Shown here: piece by piece, positions 36,106-46,071 of the stretch | How positions within the stretch are numbered: position 1 is the first letter of the stretch | Layout: each line of letters begins with the position of its first letter | Assembly: GCA_964467775.1 (NCBI GenBank) | Contig: CAYXUD010000112.1 | Location: forward strand, 334 to 64,333 | Direction of reading: 5' to 3' | DNA from: an uncultured Bacteroides sp. | Lineage (GTDB): Bacteria > Bacteroidota > Bacteroidia > Bacteroidales > GCA-2748055 | DNA length: 64,000 nucleotides | Made by a program: the position numbers and the translations under genes | Notes under the pieces: model-generated | What the model was told of the DNA's origin: nothing | The model's database searches: none | What the model saw: only the letters and a program-made list of their open reading frames with translations

Positions 36106-38181
36106 ATGATCCGAATGGTAAACCGACAACTGATTGACCCGGAGAGCATCGTAGTGGTAGGTGCATCCAATAATACTGCAAAGCCGGGGGGGAAGCTATT
36201 CCATAATATCCGTACGGGAACCTTTGAAAAGAAGCTGTTCGCACTCAATCCCAAAGAGGATATTATCCAGGGATTGCGCTCCTACAGGGAAGTAAAAGAC
36301 CTGCCGGAAACCGAGCTGGCCTTCCTGGCCATTCCTGCCGCGTTATGCCCGGAGACCATCAGGGAGCTGGCCGAAACGAAAAACACAAGGGCATTTATCG
36401 TCGTTTCCGCGGGTTTCAGCGAAGAGAACGAGGCTGGTGCCAGGATCGAGCAGGAGATCGTTGAAATCTGCATGGCCCATGAGGCCGCACTGATAGGGCC
36501 CAATTGCATAGGGGTCATGACCCCGGCCTACCAGGGAGTCTTTACAATGCCTGTTCCCCGACTTGACCCAAAGGGCTGCGATTTTATTTCCGGAAGCGGT
36601 GCCACGGCCGTTTTTATCATGGAATCGGGGTTGCAGAAAGGACTGAAGTTCAACCACGTCTTCTCTGTGGGCAATTCAGCCCTGATGGGAGTGGAAGATG
36701 TACTGGGTTATTTTGATGAAACATACCGGGAAGGGGTCTCATCGAAGGTCAAGATACTCTATTTTGAAACCATCAGGGACCCTGACAGACTGCTCATGCA
36801 TGCCACCTCGCTGATCCGGAAAGGGTGCCGTATTGCCGCCATAAAAGCGGGGACCACCGATGCGGGCAGCAGGGCTGCCACTTCTCATACAGGAGCCCTG
36901 GCCAGTTCTGACCTGGCTGTGGATGCACTGTTTAAGAAAGCAGGGATTGTGCGGTGCTTTGGAAGGGAGGAACTTACCACGGTGGCTTCGGTCATGCTAT
37001 CGCCACCCCTGAAAGGCAGGAACCTGGCCATTATTACCCATGCCGGGGGGCCCGCAGTGATGCTTACCGATGTGCTGGCCCAGGGGGGCATGGATGTGCC
37101 CCGCCTGGAGGGCCCGGAAGCTGAACGGCTTCTGACGCATCTTTACCCGGGTTCGTCAGCCGCCAATCCCATTGACATGCTTGCCACAGGGAATGCAGTA
37201 CAGCTTGGGATCTCCATCGATTTCTGTGAATCGTCATTCCCCCAGATCGACGGGATCGTGGTGATCTTCGGTACACCGGGGCTGGCCCCTGTGTTTGATG
37301 TTTACCAGGTGCTTCATGAAAAGATGCAGACCTGCACCAAACCGATCTACCCGGTGCTTCCTTCATTAATCACCGCCCGTGAAGAGGTGGAGGAGTTCCT
37401 TTCCAGGGGCCACATCAATTTCCCGGATGAGGTGCACCTGGGCCGGGCCCTGACAAAGGTCTGCAACACAGAGCCGCCGGCAGGAAGCAAACCATACCTG
37501 GAGGGGGTCGATGTACGGTCCATCCGGAAGGTCATTGACAGGGAGAGGGATGGTTTTTTGGGCCCGGAAGCGATCGGGCAGGTCCTGGATGCAGGGGGGA
37601 TACCCAGGGTAAGGGAGGTGGTGGTCAGGGAAGAAGGATCGCTCGGGGAAATGGCTTCCGGTGTGGGGTATCCGCTGGTCATGAAAGTGGTGGGCCCGGT
37701 CCACAAATCGGATGTAGGCGGAGTTATCCTCGGAATTGGCAGCGAACCGGAGCTGATGGGGCATTTCAACAGGATGCGGAAGATCGAGGACTTCGAAGGG
37801 GTGTTGCTGCAGCCCATGCTTGAAGGGATCGAATTGTTTGCGGGGGCAAAATATGAACCCTCTTTCGGCCATGTGATCCTGTGCGGAATGGGCGGCATTT
37901 TTGTGGAGGTAATGAAAGATGTGGCCTCGGGACTGGCACCGCTTTCAATGGCTGAGAGCCACCGGATGATCAAATCCCTGAAAGGGTACGGGATCATGAA
38001 GGGATTGCGCGGCCAGGAGGGGATCGACACGGAAATATATGCAGGGATCCTTGTGAGGCTCTCCACCATCCTCCGTTATGCCACGGAGATCGCGGAGCTT
38101 GACCTGAATCCGATCATTGGAAAGGGGGAACGGCTCGAGGTGGCGGATGCGCGTATCAGGATCCGGAAAAAAGTTATATAA
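36106..38181 (+). CDS. ADP-forming acetyl/acyl-CoA synthetase (fused alpha-beta; CoA-binding + ATP-grasp domains)
   Basis: N-terminal LIDPESIVVVGASNNTAKPGG CoA-binding motif. A succinyl-CoA-synthetase-like flavodoxin domain with SHTGALA (phospho-His loop). C-terminal ATP-grasp (GYPLVMKVVGPVHKSDVGGV). Confidence 0.85.
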   Translation: MIRMVNRQLIDPESIVVVGASNNTAKPGGKLFHNIRTGTFEKKLFALNPKEDIIQGLRSYREVKDLPETELAFLAIPAALCPETIRELAETKNTRAFIVVSAGFSEENEAGARIEQEIVEICMAHEAALIGPNCIGVMTPAYQGVFTMPVPRLDPKGCDFISGSGATAVFIMESGLQKGLKFNHVFSVGNSALMGVEDVLGYFDETYREGVSSKVKILYFETIRDPDRLLMHATSLIRKGCRIAAIKAGTTDAGSRAATSHTGALASSDLAVDALFKKAGIVRCFGREELTTVASVMLSPPLKGRNLAIITHAGGPAVMLTDVLAQGGMDVPRLEGPEAERLLTHLYPGSSAANPIDMLATGNAVQLGISIDFCESSFPQIDGIVVIFGTPGLAPVFDVYQVLHEKMQTCTKPIYPVLPSLITAREEVEEFLSRGHINFPDEVHLGRALTKVCNTEPPAGSKPYLEGVDVRSIRKVIDRERDGFLGPEAIGQVLDAGGIPRVREVVVREEGSLGEMASGVGYPLVMKVVGPVHKSDVGGVILGIGSEPELMGHFNRMRKIEDFEGVLLQPMLEGIELFAGAKYEPSFGHVILCGMGGIFVEVMKDVASGLAPLSMAESHRMIKSLKGYGIMKGLRGQEGIDTEIYAGILVRLSTILRYATEIAELDLNPIIGKGERLEVADARIRIRKKVI

Positions 38182-38262
38182 CACATCGGGCATATGCTCT
38201 TGGGCAGAAGGGATTCAATCCCCATTTTCTAATTTCACTGCGAACCTGAACTCTGTCAGCAT

Positions 38263-39585
38263 ATGAAGCAAACACCCATCAAGGCTGAAGTTGTTAATGA
38301 GGTAATTGATGCCTTTGGGATCCATCCTGCTGGAAAATCGACCATCAGGGAGCTGGTGAAGATCGTCAATGACATTGAAAGCCTTACCGGGGAGGAGTTT
38401 ATCAGGATGGAGATGGGTGTGCCGGGACTGGATCCGACTTTTGTCGGCGTCGAGGCCGAAATGATTGCCCTGCGCAGGGGAGTAGCATCCAAATACCCGA
38501 ATATAGAGGGTATCAGGCCTCTTAAGGAGGAGGCTTCAAGGTTCATCAAATTATTCCTGAATGTGGATGTCGATCCCATGCACTGTGTGCCGACAGTGGG
38601 TGCCATGATGGGCGGGATGGCTGCATTCATGGTGGTGAACCGGTCCGATCAGTCCCGGACGGGAACCCTCTTCCTGGATCCCGGGTTCCCGGTGCAGAAA
38701 CAGCAATGCCTGGTGCTTGGCCATCAATTCGGTTCATTCGACCTGTATGATTTCCGAGGCGGTAAACTGAAAGCAAAGATGGAGGAGGAGATCGAGAAAG
38801 GCCAATATTCATCCATTCTCTATTCAAACCCCAACAATCCATCGTGGATCTGCCTCAACGAGAAGGAGCTGGAGATCATTGGCGAGATCTCCAGGAAATA
38901 TGACATAACGGTCATAGAGGACCTTGCCTATTTCGGGATGGATTTCAGGAAGGACCTTTCCAGGCCGGGGATCCCCCCATTTCAGCCTTCAGTCTCAAAA
39001 TACACCGGCAATTACCTGCTGCTGATATCCAGTTCAAAGGCATTCAGCTACGCCGGGCAGAGGATCGGTATGATGATCATTGCACCGGACCTTTTTATAC
39101 GCAGGTACCCGGACCTGAAAAGGTATTATACCTCGGACAAATTCGGACACGCCATGATTTACGGCGCGCTGTATGCCCTTTCGGCCGGAGCCTCCCATAC
39201 GGCACAGTATGCACTGGCTGCCATTTTCAAAGCGATCAATGACGGTTCCTATAACTATATAAGCGAGGTGAGGGAGTACGGGGAGAAGGCCGCCATTATG
39301 AAGGCCATGTTTAAAAAGTACGGTTTCAGGATCGTATACGACATGGACCTGGATGAGCCCATTGCAGACGGGTTCTATTTCACACTCTCCTACCCTGGCT
39401 TCGAAGGCAGCAGTCTGGTGGAAGAGCTGTTGTATTACGGGATCAGTGCCATCTCGCTCGGGATTACCGGGAGCACACGGACCGAAGGATTGAGGGCTTG
39501 TGTATCACAGGTACGGCGTGACCAGTTCCCTGTGCTGGAGGAGCGCCTGAAACGGTTCCGCGAAAACCACCCTGTCCCAGAATAG
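38263..39585 (+). CDS. Class I/II (fold-type I) PLP-dependent aminotransferase
   Basis: 440 aa. NPNNPS and the SSSKAFSYAGQRIG motif (PLP lysine) are typical of aminotransferase I/II. Confidence 0.8.
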   Translation: MKQTPIKAEVVNEVIDAFGIHPAGKSTIRELVKIVNDIESLTGEEFIRMEMGVPGLDPTFVGVEAEMIALRRGVASKYPNIEGIRPLKEEASRFIKLFLNVDVDPMHCVPTVGAMMGGMAAFMVVNRSDQSRTGTLFLDPGFPVQKQQCLVLGHQFGSFDLYDFRGGKLKAKMEEEIEKGQYSSILYSNPNNPSWICLNEKELEIIGEISRKYDITVIEDLAYFGMDFRKDLSRPGIPPFQPSVSKYTGNYLLLISSSKAFSYAGQRIGMMIIAPDLFIRRYPDLKRYYTSDKFGHAMIYGALYALSAGASHTAQYALAAIFKAINDGSYNYISEVREYGEKAAIMKAMFKKYGFRIVYDMDLDEPIADGFYFTLSYPGFEGSSLVEELLYYGISAISLGITGSTRTEGLRACVSQVRRDQFPVLEERLKRFRENHPVPE

Positions 39586-39691
39586 GTTTTTTTATCCCAA
39601 AAAACGGCGTGAAAGAGCCACCTGCCCGGGAACAGCTTTTATGGAGAGTGAGAATTGCTACATTTGGAATTTAGATAAAAAACAGCATAGC

Positions 39692-39919
39692 ATGGCAAAA
39701 GTCATAGGAGCCATTGTGGTGGATGTGGAAAGGTGCAAGGGTTGCCAGATCTGCATGGTGAACTGCCCCACCCAGGTCATTGGAATGGCTGCCGATGTGA
39801 ACGGGAAAGGGTACCACTATGCCTACATGGAGAACCCCGGGAACTGTACAGGGTGCACCAACTGTGCGGTGGTGTGTCCCGACGGGGTCATCACGGTATA
39901 CCGGGTTAAACAGAACTGA
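39692..39919 (+). CDS. 2-oxoacid:ferredoxin oxidoreductase delta subunit (2x[4Fe-4S] ferredoxin)
   Basis: Two CxxCxxCxxxCP motifs (CKGCQICMVNCP, CTGCTNCAVVCP). The ATG at 39692 (MAKVIGAIVVD) is preferred over 39641. Confidence 0.85.
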   Translation: MAKVIGAIVVDVERCKGCQICMVNCPTQVIGMAADVNGKGYHYAYMENPGNCTGCTNCAVVCPDGVITVYRVKQN

Positions 39920-39925
39920 AATCCA

Positions 39926-40996
39926 ATGAAGGAACTGGCATTAATGAAAGGAAACGAGGCCATTGCGGAAGCGGCTATCCGGGCAGGAGTGGATGCCTAT
40001 TTCGGATATCCCATCACACCCCAGTCCGAGGTCATGGAATACCTGACATTGCAGCGCCCGGAGCAGCGTACCGGGATGGTGGTCCTGCAGGCAGAGAGTG
40101 AAGTGGCTTCCATCAACATGATCTATGGCGCTGCGGGCACCGGGAAGAAGGTGATGACCTCATCCTCCAGCCCTGGGATCAGCCTTATGCAGGAGGGGAT
40201 CAGTTACATCGCCGGGGCTGAATTGCCCTGCCTGATCGTGAATGTGGTGCGTGGAGGGCCGGGCCTGGGAACCATCCAGCCGTCACAGGCAGATTACTTC
40301 CAGGCGGTGAAAGGAGGAGGCCATGGCGACTACCACCTGATCGTGCTGGCTCCTGCATCCGTGCAGGAGATGGCCGATTTCGTGGATAAAGCATTTGAAC
40401 TGGCGTTCAAATACAGGAATCCGGCGATGATCCTCTCGGACGGGCTGATCGGGCAGATGATGGAAAAAGTGGAATTGCCGCCCCAGAAAGAGAGGGTGAA
40501 GGAGTTTGACCAGTCCTGGGTCATTACCGGCAAGGGCCCTGAAAGGGAACGGAACATCATCACTTCGCTGAACCTCGACCCGGACCTGCAGTACGAGCAC
40601 AACCTGAAGCTGCAGGCGAAATACAGAAGCATGGAACAGGATGTGATGTTTGAAAAGATCGGATGTGACGATGCTGAGTACCTGCTGGTGGCCTACGGGT
40701 CCAGCGCACGTATCTGCCAGAAGGTGGTGGAGGTGGCCAGGGGCAGGGGAAGGAGGATCGGCCTGCTTAGGCCCCAGACCCTCTTCCCATTTCCCGCAGA
40801 GGAGATTGCCAGGATGGCACGAAGGGTGAAAGCAATGATGTCGGTTGAACTGAGTGCAGGGCAGATGGTGGAAGATGTGAGGCTGGCCGTGAACGGCAGG
40901 GTCCCTGTTTACCATTACGGGATGGTGGGGGGAAAAATCCACTCACCGGATGATGTAATGGGTGCTGTGGAAGAAAAATTCATAGGAGGATTTTAA
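39926..40996 (+). CDS. 2-oxoacid:ferredoxin oxidoreductase alpha subunit (KorA/VorB type)
   Basis: MKGNEAIAEAAIRAGVDAYFGYPITPQSE is the canonical N terminus of OFOR alpha subunits. Confidence 0.9.
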   Translation: MKELALMKGNEAIAEAAIRAGVDAYFGYPITPQSEVMEYLTLQRPEQRTGMVVLQAESEVASINMIYGAAGTGKKVMTSSSSPGISLMQEGISYIAGAELPCLIVNVVRGGPGLGTIQPSQADYFQAVKGGGHGDYHLIVLAPASVQEMADFVDKAFELAFKYRNPAMILSDGLIGQMMEKVELPPQKERVKEFDQSWVITGKGPERERNIITSLNLDPDLQYEHNLKLQAKYRSMEQDVMFEKIGCDDAEYLLVAYGSSARICQKVVEVARGRGRRIGLLRPQTLFPFPAEEIARMARRVKAMMSVELSAGQMVEDVRLAVNGRVPVYHYGMVGGKIHSPDDVMGAVEEKFIGGF

Positions 40997-41779
40997 ATGG
41001 ATGTCAAAGAGATCATTAAGGAGGAGAATAAGGTTTACAGCCGCACTCCGTTGCTGACCGATGCCACCCTCTCTTACTGCCCTGGCTGCGGCCACGGAAC
41101 CATTCACCGCCTGATCATGGAGGTGGTGGAGGAGATGGGCATCCAGTCAGAGACCATCGGGATAGCGCCGGTGGGCTGCTCCGTGCTGGCCTATGATTTT
41201 ATGGATGTTGATTTTTCCCAGGCCGCCCACGGCCGGGCCCCCGCCCTGGCCACCGGGATCAAGAGGTTATGGCCCGATAAGTTTGTTTTTACCTACCAGG
41301 GCGACGGGGACCTTGCTGCCATCGGGACCGCCGAGACTATTCATGCCTGCAACCGTGGCGAGAACATCACCATATTCTTCGTGAACAACGGGATCTACGG
41401 GATGACAGGGGGCCAGATGGCGCCCACCACGCTCGAGGGCATGAAATCATCCACCTCACCCTATGGCCGGGACAGCAAGACCATGGGGCCGCCTTACAAG
41501 ATCACCGAGATGGTTGCACAGCTCCAGGGCACCTATTACGTGACCCGGCAGGCGGTTCACAAGCCGGGCCCGGTCAGGAAGGCCAAAAAGGCCATTCGAA
41601 CGGCGTTCGAGGTCCAGAAGCAGAAGAAGGGGCTTTCGCTGATCGAGTTCGTGTCGAACTGCAACTCGGGATGGAAGATGTCGCCCATTGACGCAAACCG
41701 CTGGATGGAGGAGAACATGTTCCCGTTCTATCCGCTGGGAGATATTAAGGTGGAGGGGAAGGTGGTAGCTGGGAAGTAG
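40997..41779 (+). CDS. 2-oxoacid:ferredoxin oxidoreductase beta subunit (TPP-binding)
   Basis: YCPGCGHG, the TPP motif YQGDGDLAAIG and NNGIYGMTGGQ. Its start abuts the alpha subunit stop. Confidence 0.9.
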   Translation: MDVKEIIKEENKVYSRTPLLTDATLSYCPGCGHGTIHRLIMEVVEEMGIQSETIGIAPVGCSVLAYDFMDVDFSQAAHGRAPALATGIKRLWPDKFVFTYQGDGDLAAIGTAETIHACNRGENITIFFVNNGIYGMTGGQMAPTTLEGMKSSTSPYGRDSKTMGPPYKITEMVAQLQGTYYVTRQAVHKPGPVRKAKKAIRTAFEVQKQKKGLSLIEFVSNCNSGWKMSPIDANRWMEENMFPFYPLGDIKVEGKVVAGK

Positions 41780-41819
41780 TTTTTGGTAAATGGTTATTGG
41801 TTATTAGTGAGTTGGTATT

Positions 41820-42374
41820 ATGACGGAAGAGATCATTATTGCAGGATTCGGGGGACAGGGGGTGCTCTCCATGGGCAAGATCCTGGCATACTCCGGGATC
41901 ATGCAGGAACAGGAAGTGAGCTGGATGCCCTCCTACGGGCCTGAAATGAGGGGGGGAACAGCCAATGTAACGGTTATTTTGAGCGACGACCGGGTCAGCT
42001 CGCCCGTCCTGCAGAGTTACGATACGGCCATCCTTCTGAACCAGCAGTCGGTGGATAAGTTTGAGCCCATGGTGAAGCCGGGGGGGCTGTTGATCTATGA
42101 TCCCCACGGGATCACGAGGCATCCTGAAAGGGAAGACATCCGGATCTTCCTGGTGGAGGCGGCCGAAGAGGCGGTGCGCATGAAATCCCCCATCTCGTTC
42201 AACATGGTTGTCCTGGGCGCCTATATAAAAGTGAACCCGGTGGTGGATGTTGAAAACGTGATCAAGGGCCTCAGGAAATCGCTGCCGGAAAGGCACCACC
42301 ACCTGATTCCCAAGAACGAAGAGGCCATCCGGAGGGGCATGGAGATCGTCAGGGAGGCCAGACTGGCTACGTGA
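41820..42374 (+). CDS. 2-oxoacid:ferredoxin oxidoreductase gamma subunit
   Basis: IIIAGFGGQGVLSMGKILA...YGPEMRGGTA is the pattern typical of the gamma subunit. Confidence 0.9.
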   Translation: MTEEIIIAGFGGQGVLSMGKILAYSGIMQEQEVSWMPSYGPEMRGGTANVTVILSDDRVSSPVLQSYDTAILLNQQSVDKFEPMVKPGGLLIYDPHGITRHPEREDIRIFLVEAAEEAVRMKSPISFNMVVLGAYIKVNPVVDVENVIKGLRKSLPERHHHLIPKNEEAIRRGMEIVREARLAT

Positions 42375-42385
42375 GAAAGGGACCC

Positions 42386-42982
42386 TTATTTTTCATAGAA
42401 GTGCATCTCGCGCATATAGGTGTATACCTTTGCGGGAACCAGGTGCCGGATGTCCTTTCCTTCCCTGATGGCCCGCCGGATGAAGCTGGAGGAGATCTCT
42501 ATCAGAGGGGCATTCACTACCGTGGCATTGGGTGTGCGGGCCAGGGCCTCCATGTCACTCCCCGTCCGCGGGTAGATCAGCCGGTGGTATTTTTGTGCGA
42601 TCAGGTCGGCATGTTTCCATTTGTGGAAGGTCCGGATCCCGTCGGCACCCATTACCAGCTGGAATTCCCTGCCCGGGTTCTTTTCCTCCAGATAGGCCAG
42701 TGTGTCAATGGTGAAGGAAGGAGTGGGGAGTTTGAATTCAATATCGGATACACCGAGCCTGTCGTCATCTTCAACGGCCAGGCGGACCATCTCCAGCCGG
42801 TGGTAATCCTTCAGCAGCGATCTCTTCTCTTTCAGGGGATTATGGGGACTCACCACGAACCACAGCTGTTCCAGTCCGGTGAATTCGATCATGTAGTTGG
42901 CGATGGCCAGGTGGCCGATGTGGATAGGGTTGAAGGAACCGAAATAGAGGCCTGTTTTTATGATCCTTTTCAGTTTCTCCAT
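42386..42982 (-). CDS. nadD: Nicotinate-nucleotide adenylyltransferase
   Basis: GLYFGSFNPIHIGHLAIA (HxGH) and a C-terminal ISSSFIR motif. Confidence 0.9.
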   Translation of the reverse strand: MEKLKRIIKTGLYFGSFNPIHIGHLAIANYMIEFTGLEQLWFVVSPHNPLKEKRSLLKDYHRLEMVRLAVEDDDRLGVSDIEFKLPTPSFTIDTLAYLEEKNPGREFQLVMGADGIRTFHKWKHADLIAQKYHRLIYPRTGSDMEALARTPNATVVNAPLIEISSSFIRRAIREGKDIRHLVPAKVYTYMREMHFYEK

Positions 42983-42988
42983 GGCAGC

Positions 42989-43555
42989 CTAATCTGACAG
43001 GAATCTGCGTACCAGGGTTTCCGCTTCAGCCAGCGCCACATCAAGGGAATCATTGACCAGCACATGGTCGAACTGCGAAGCAAAGTTCAGTTCAAATCCG
43101 GCTTTCCCAAGCCGCTTCTGCAGTGAAGCTTCATCATCGGATCCCCTGGCCCTGAGCCTTTGCTCCAGGACCTGCATGGACGGGGGTTTCACAAAAACGG
43201 AGAGGGCCCTCTCACCGTATTCCTTTTTGAGGTTCATGCCTCCGGCCACATCAATATCAAAAAGGGCATGCTGCCCGTTTTTCCAGATGCGGTCCACCTC
43301 GCTGCGGAGCGTTCCGTAGTACTGGCCCGGGTATACCTCTTCCCATTCCAGGAATTCACTGTTCCTGATCTTCTCACGGAACTCGTCCGGCGATATGAAA
43401 TGGTACTCCCTTCCGTTTGACTCTCCCTTCCTGGGCTCCCTGGAAGTGGCAGAAATACTGAATGCCAGCCGCAGATCGAGCTGCACCAGGTGCTGCACGA
43501 TGGTCGATTTGCCGGAGCCCGATGGGGCACAGAATATGAGGAGTTTGCCTTCCAT
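42989..43555 (-). CDS. gmk: Guanylate kinase
   Basis: P-loop APSGSGKST, REPRKGE..G.EYHF and YGT motifs. Its ATG overlaps the yicC stop (TAATG). Confidence 0.9.
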   Translation of the reverse strand: MEGKLLIFCAPSGSGKSTIVQHLVQLDLRLAFSISATSREPRKGESNGREYHFISPDEFREKIRNSEFLEWEEVYPGQYYGTLRSEVDRIWKNGQHALFDIDVAGGMNLKKEYGERALSVFVKPPSMQVLEQRLRARGSDDEASLQKRLGKAGFELNFASQFDHVLVNDSLDVALAEAETLVRRFLSD

Positions 43556-44430
43556 TAAAGCACATTCATGACCTGTTCCTTGATCCGCTCCAGTTCATCC
43601 TTCATCTCCACCACCAGCCGCTGGATCTCGCTATGGCTGGCCTTTGAGCCCAGGGTATTGATCTCCCGTCCCATCTCCTGGGAAATAAAACCCAGTTTCT
43701 TCCCCACGGGGCCACCGGAATCCAGGGTTTCCAGGAAATAGTCGCAGTGGTTCGAAAGCCGGACCTTCTCTTCAGAGATGTCCAGCTTCTCAAGGTAATA
43801 GATCAGCTCCTGTTCCAGCCGGTTCTCATCCACCTCCCCGTTCTGAAGGAGCCCGGACAGGTTGTTCCCTATGCGTTCCCGGATGCGTTCCAGGCGTTCC
43901 CCCTCATGCCGTTCCACCCGGGATAGTATTTCCGAGATGGCACGGACCCGTTCCCGCAGGTCCCTGTCCAGGGCTTCCCCCTCCTGGTGCCGGAATCCAT
44001 TCACCTGCCCGAGGGCCTGCTTCAATCCGCCCTTCACCATGTCCCACTCCTCATCCTCCATCTCTGTTTTTTCGGTAAGGATGGTGTCAGGCAGCCTCAT
44101 GACAGCGGAGAGCAGTTCCAGGGAGGATTCCAGCCCCAGTTCACCCGAGATACGGTAGAGCTGCTGGTAATAGTTCTTCACGACAGGCTCGTTGATAATC
44201 CCCGAAGGGGCATCTTCCGTCCGCTCGTAATAGACACCGCATTCGATCTTGCCGCGTTCCAGGAGTTCGGCGATGATCTGGCGGATCTCCAGCTCCTTCT
44301 CCCTGTAAAGGGCCGGCAACCGCGTGCTGGTGTCCAGCTGTTTGCTGTTGAGGGATCTTACCTCAATAGTCACTTTCTTATCGGGGAGCAGGCAATCGGC
44401 CTTCCCATAACCGGTCATGGATCTGATCAT
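43555..44430 (-). CDS. yicC: YicC-family stress-induced protein
   Basis: MIRSMTGYGKA start and the C-terminal EMGREINTLGSKA...EQVMNVL, typical of YicC/DUF1732. Confidence 0.9.
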   Translation of the reverse strand: MIRSMTGYGKADCLLPDKKVTIEVRSLNSKQLDTSTRLPALYREKELEIRQIIAELLERGKIECGVYYERTEDAPSGIINEPVVKNYYQQLYRISGELGLESSLELLSAVMRLPDTILTEKTEMEDEEWDMVKGGLKQALGQVNGFRHQEGEALDRDLRERVRAISEILSRVERHEGERLERIRERIGNNLSGLLQNGEVDENRLEQELIYYLEKLDISEEKVRLSNHCDYFLETLDSGGPVGKKLGFISQEMGREINTLGSKASHSEIQRLVVEMKDELERIKEQVMNVL

Positions 44431-44481
44431 AGATAGCTTGGCTTCTGTTCAGGGCAAAATTAGTAAAAAGGGCCAAACCGG

Positions 44482-46071
44482 CTAATTCCCGCCTGCATGG
44501 GGAAACGGGTTTTCCAGTTCAGGTTCAAGGATCAGGAAACCGTAGGGATCCAGCGTGGTTTCTTCACTGAGGGTCAGCGATTCCCTGCTCAGCAGGTTCA
44601 GGTATGGCCCGGCGAGGCCCGGTATCCGGAAATGCTGCTTCCCGGGTGAGAGGTTCATCATCACCAGGATCCTGTGGTCCCCGAAAATCCGGTCAAATAC
44701 CAGCACTCCCTGATCAGCCCCGTGGAAGCGGTACCCGCCATCACGAAGGGCGGGCTGATCTTTGCGGATGGCCGCCAGGCTTTTGTAAAGGGTCAGCAGG
44801 GAAACAGGAGTGTCGAACCGGGCCTCCGCGCTGAACGGATCGCTGTTGTTCCCCGCCGCTGCCCGGGATTCCGGCCCCCGGGTGAATTCCGCGGTGGGAG
44901 GAACACTGCTCCACTGCATGGGGGGCCTGGTGGTGGAATGGTCAGAGGCGGACCCGTACATGCCGATCTCCTCACCATAACAGACAAAGGGTGTGCCGGG
45001 AGCAGTAAAAAGCAGCACGGCAGCCAGTGCGGCTTTCCGGAAATCCTTTCCCGGCATGGTCATGATGCGCTCCTGGTCATGGTTTGAAAGGAAGGGGACA
45101 AAATAGGTTAGCGGGGGTCCCTCCTGTCCTATCTCCGTGATGACAGCAACAAAGGGACCGGGCGAACCGCTGTTGATGGTCTCGAGGACACTGCGCTGAA
45201 AGGGAAAATCCAGGCAATGATCCAGTCCCTCCCCCCCGTCATAATAGCGGGCCAGGTCCCGGGGTGCTGAGCAGATCTCCCCGACCAGCAGTGCACCGGG
45301 ATCAATGGATCTTACAAACTGGCTGAACTCTCTCCACCAGGCCACTGTGGAAGGTGAATCAACCTGTTTTCCAGCGCCCCCTCCCTCTTCAATAATGTTC
45401 CGGGCTGCACCGAGCCGGAATCCATGCACGCCCTGGTTCAGCCAGAATGCAGCGATCTGTTTTGCCTCCTCCCGCACGTCCTGGCTTTCCAGGTTGAGAT
45501 CGGGCATGGTTTCGTCGAAATAGGCATAGTAGTAAGATGCCCGTTCGTGCCTGAAACGCCAGCCCCCGTTCTCGATTGCCGAATCCTGGTTGTACACGGA
45601 CCACATCCCTCCCGGCGGGGTTTCCCTCCAGATGTAGTAATCGGTGTAAGGAGCAATCCTGAGGATCGAATTACGGAACCAGGGATGGCGGGATGAGGTG
45701 TGGTTCAGGTCAAGGTCCAGGATGACCCGGATCCCGCGGGCATCGCATGCTTCCATCAGTGACCGGAACTCTTCCATGGTCCCGTAGTCCTCCTCGATAT
45801 GGTAGTAATCAGTTACATCGTAACCGTGATCGGAAGGGGACTGGAAAATGGGCATCAGCCAGATCGCATTGGCACCCAGGTGGCGGATGTAGTCCAGTTT
45901 CATCTCCACCCCCTTCAGGTCACCGGTCCCGTTACCGTCCGAGTCAAAGAAACTCCTTACGAAGATCCCATAGACCAACGCGTTATTCCAGTCATAGGAG
46001 GGTCCTGGTTCACGGGCACAGGCAGTGGCCAAAAAGATGAGGGCCCACAGGTATTTCAATGGCGGCTTCAA
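44482..46071 (-). CDS. GH13 (alpha-amylase family)-like lipoprotein with Gly at the catalytic nucleophile position
   Basis: Lipobox LIFLATAC. GH13 regions: I DLDLNHTS, II GFRLGAARN (consensus GFRxDxxxH), III LLVGEICS, IV FLSNHDQER. The TTG start overlaps the kinase stop (46068-46071). Confidence 0.8.
   Translation of the reverse strand: MKPPLKYLWALIFLATACAREPGPSYDWNNALVYGIFVRSFFDSDGNGTGDLKGVEMKLDYIRHLGANAIWLMPIFQSPSDHGYDVTDYYHIEEDYGTMEEFRSLMEACDARGIRVILDLDLNHTSSRHPWFRNSILRIAPYTDYYIWRETPPGGMWSVYNQDSAIENGGWRFRHERASYYYAYFDETMPDLNLESQDVREEAKQIAAFWLNQGVHGFRLGAARNIIEEGGGAGKQVDSPSTVAWWREFSQFVRSIDPGALLVGEICSAPRDLARYYDGGEGLDHCLDFPFQRSVLETINSGSPGPFVAVITEIGQEGPPLTYFVPFLSNHDQERIMTMPGKDFRKAALAAVLLFTAPGTPFVCYGEEIGMYGSASDHSTTRPPMQWSSVPPTAEFTRGPESRAAAGNNSDPFSAEARFDTPVSLLTLYKSLAAIRKDQPALRDGGYRFHGADQGVLVFDRIFGDHRILVMMNLSPGKQHFRIPGLAGPYLNLLSRESLTLSEETTLDPYGFLILEPELENPFPHAGGN

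Noticed and set aside
37347-38069. 240-aa and 168-aa minus-strand ORFs inside the acyl-CoA synthetase gene; similar cases lie inside the OFOR alpha gene (40283-40942) and the kinase gene (47424-49118)
   Set aside because: These are shadow ORFs in GC-rich genes whose sense strands have strong family signatures.
42371-42997. A 208-aa + strand ORF overlapping nadD
   Set aside because: nadD on the opposite strand has canonical HxGH and ISSS motifs. The + strand product has no recognisable features.
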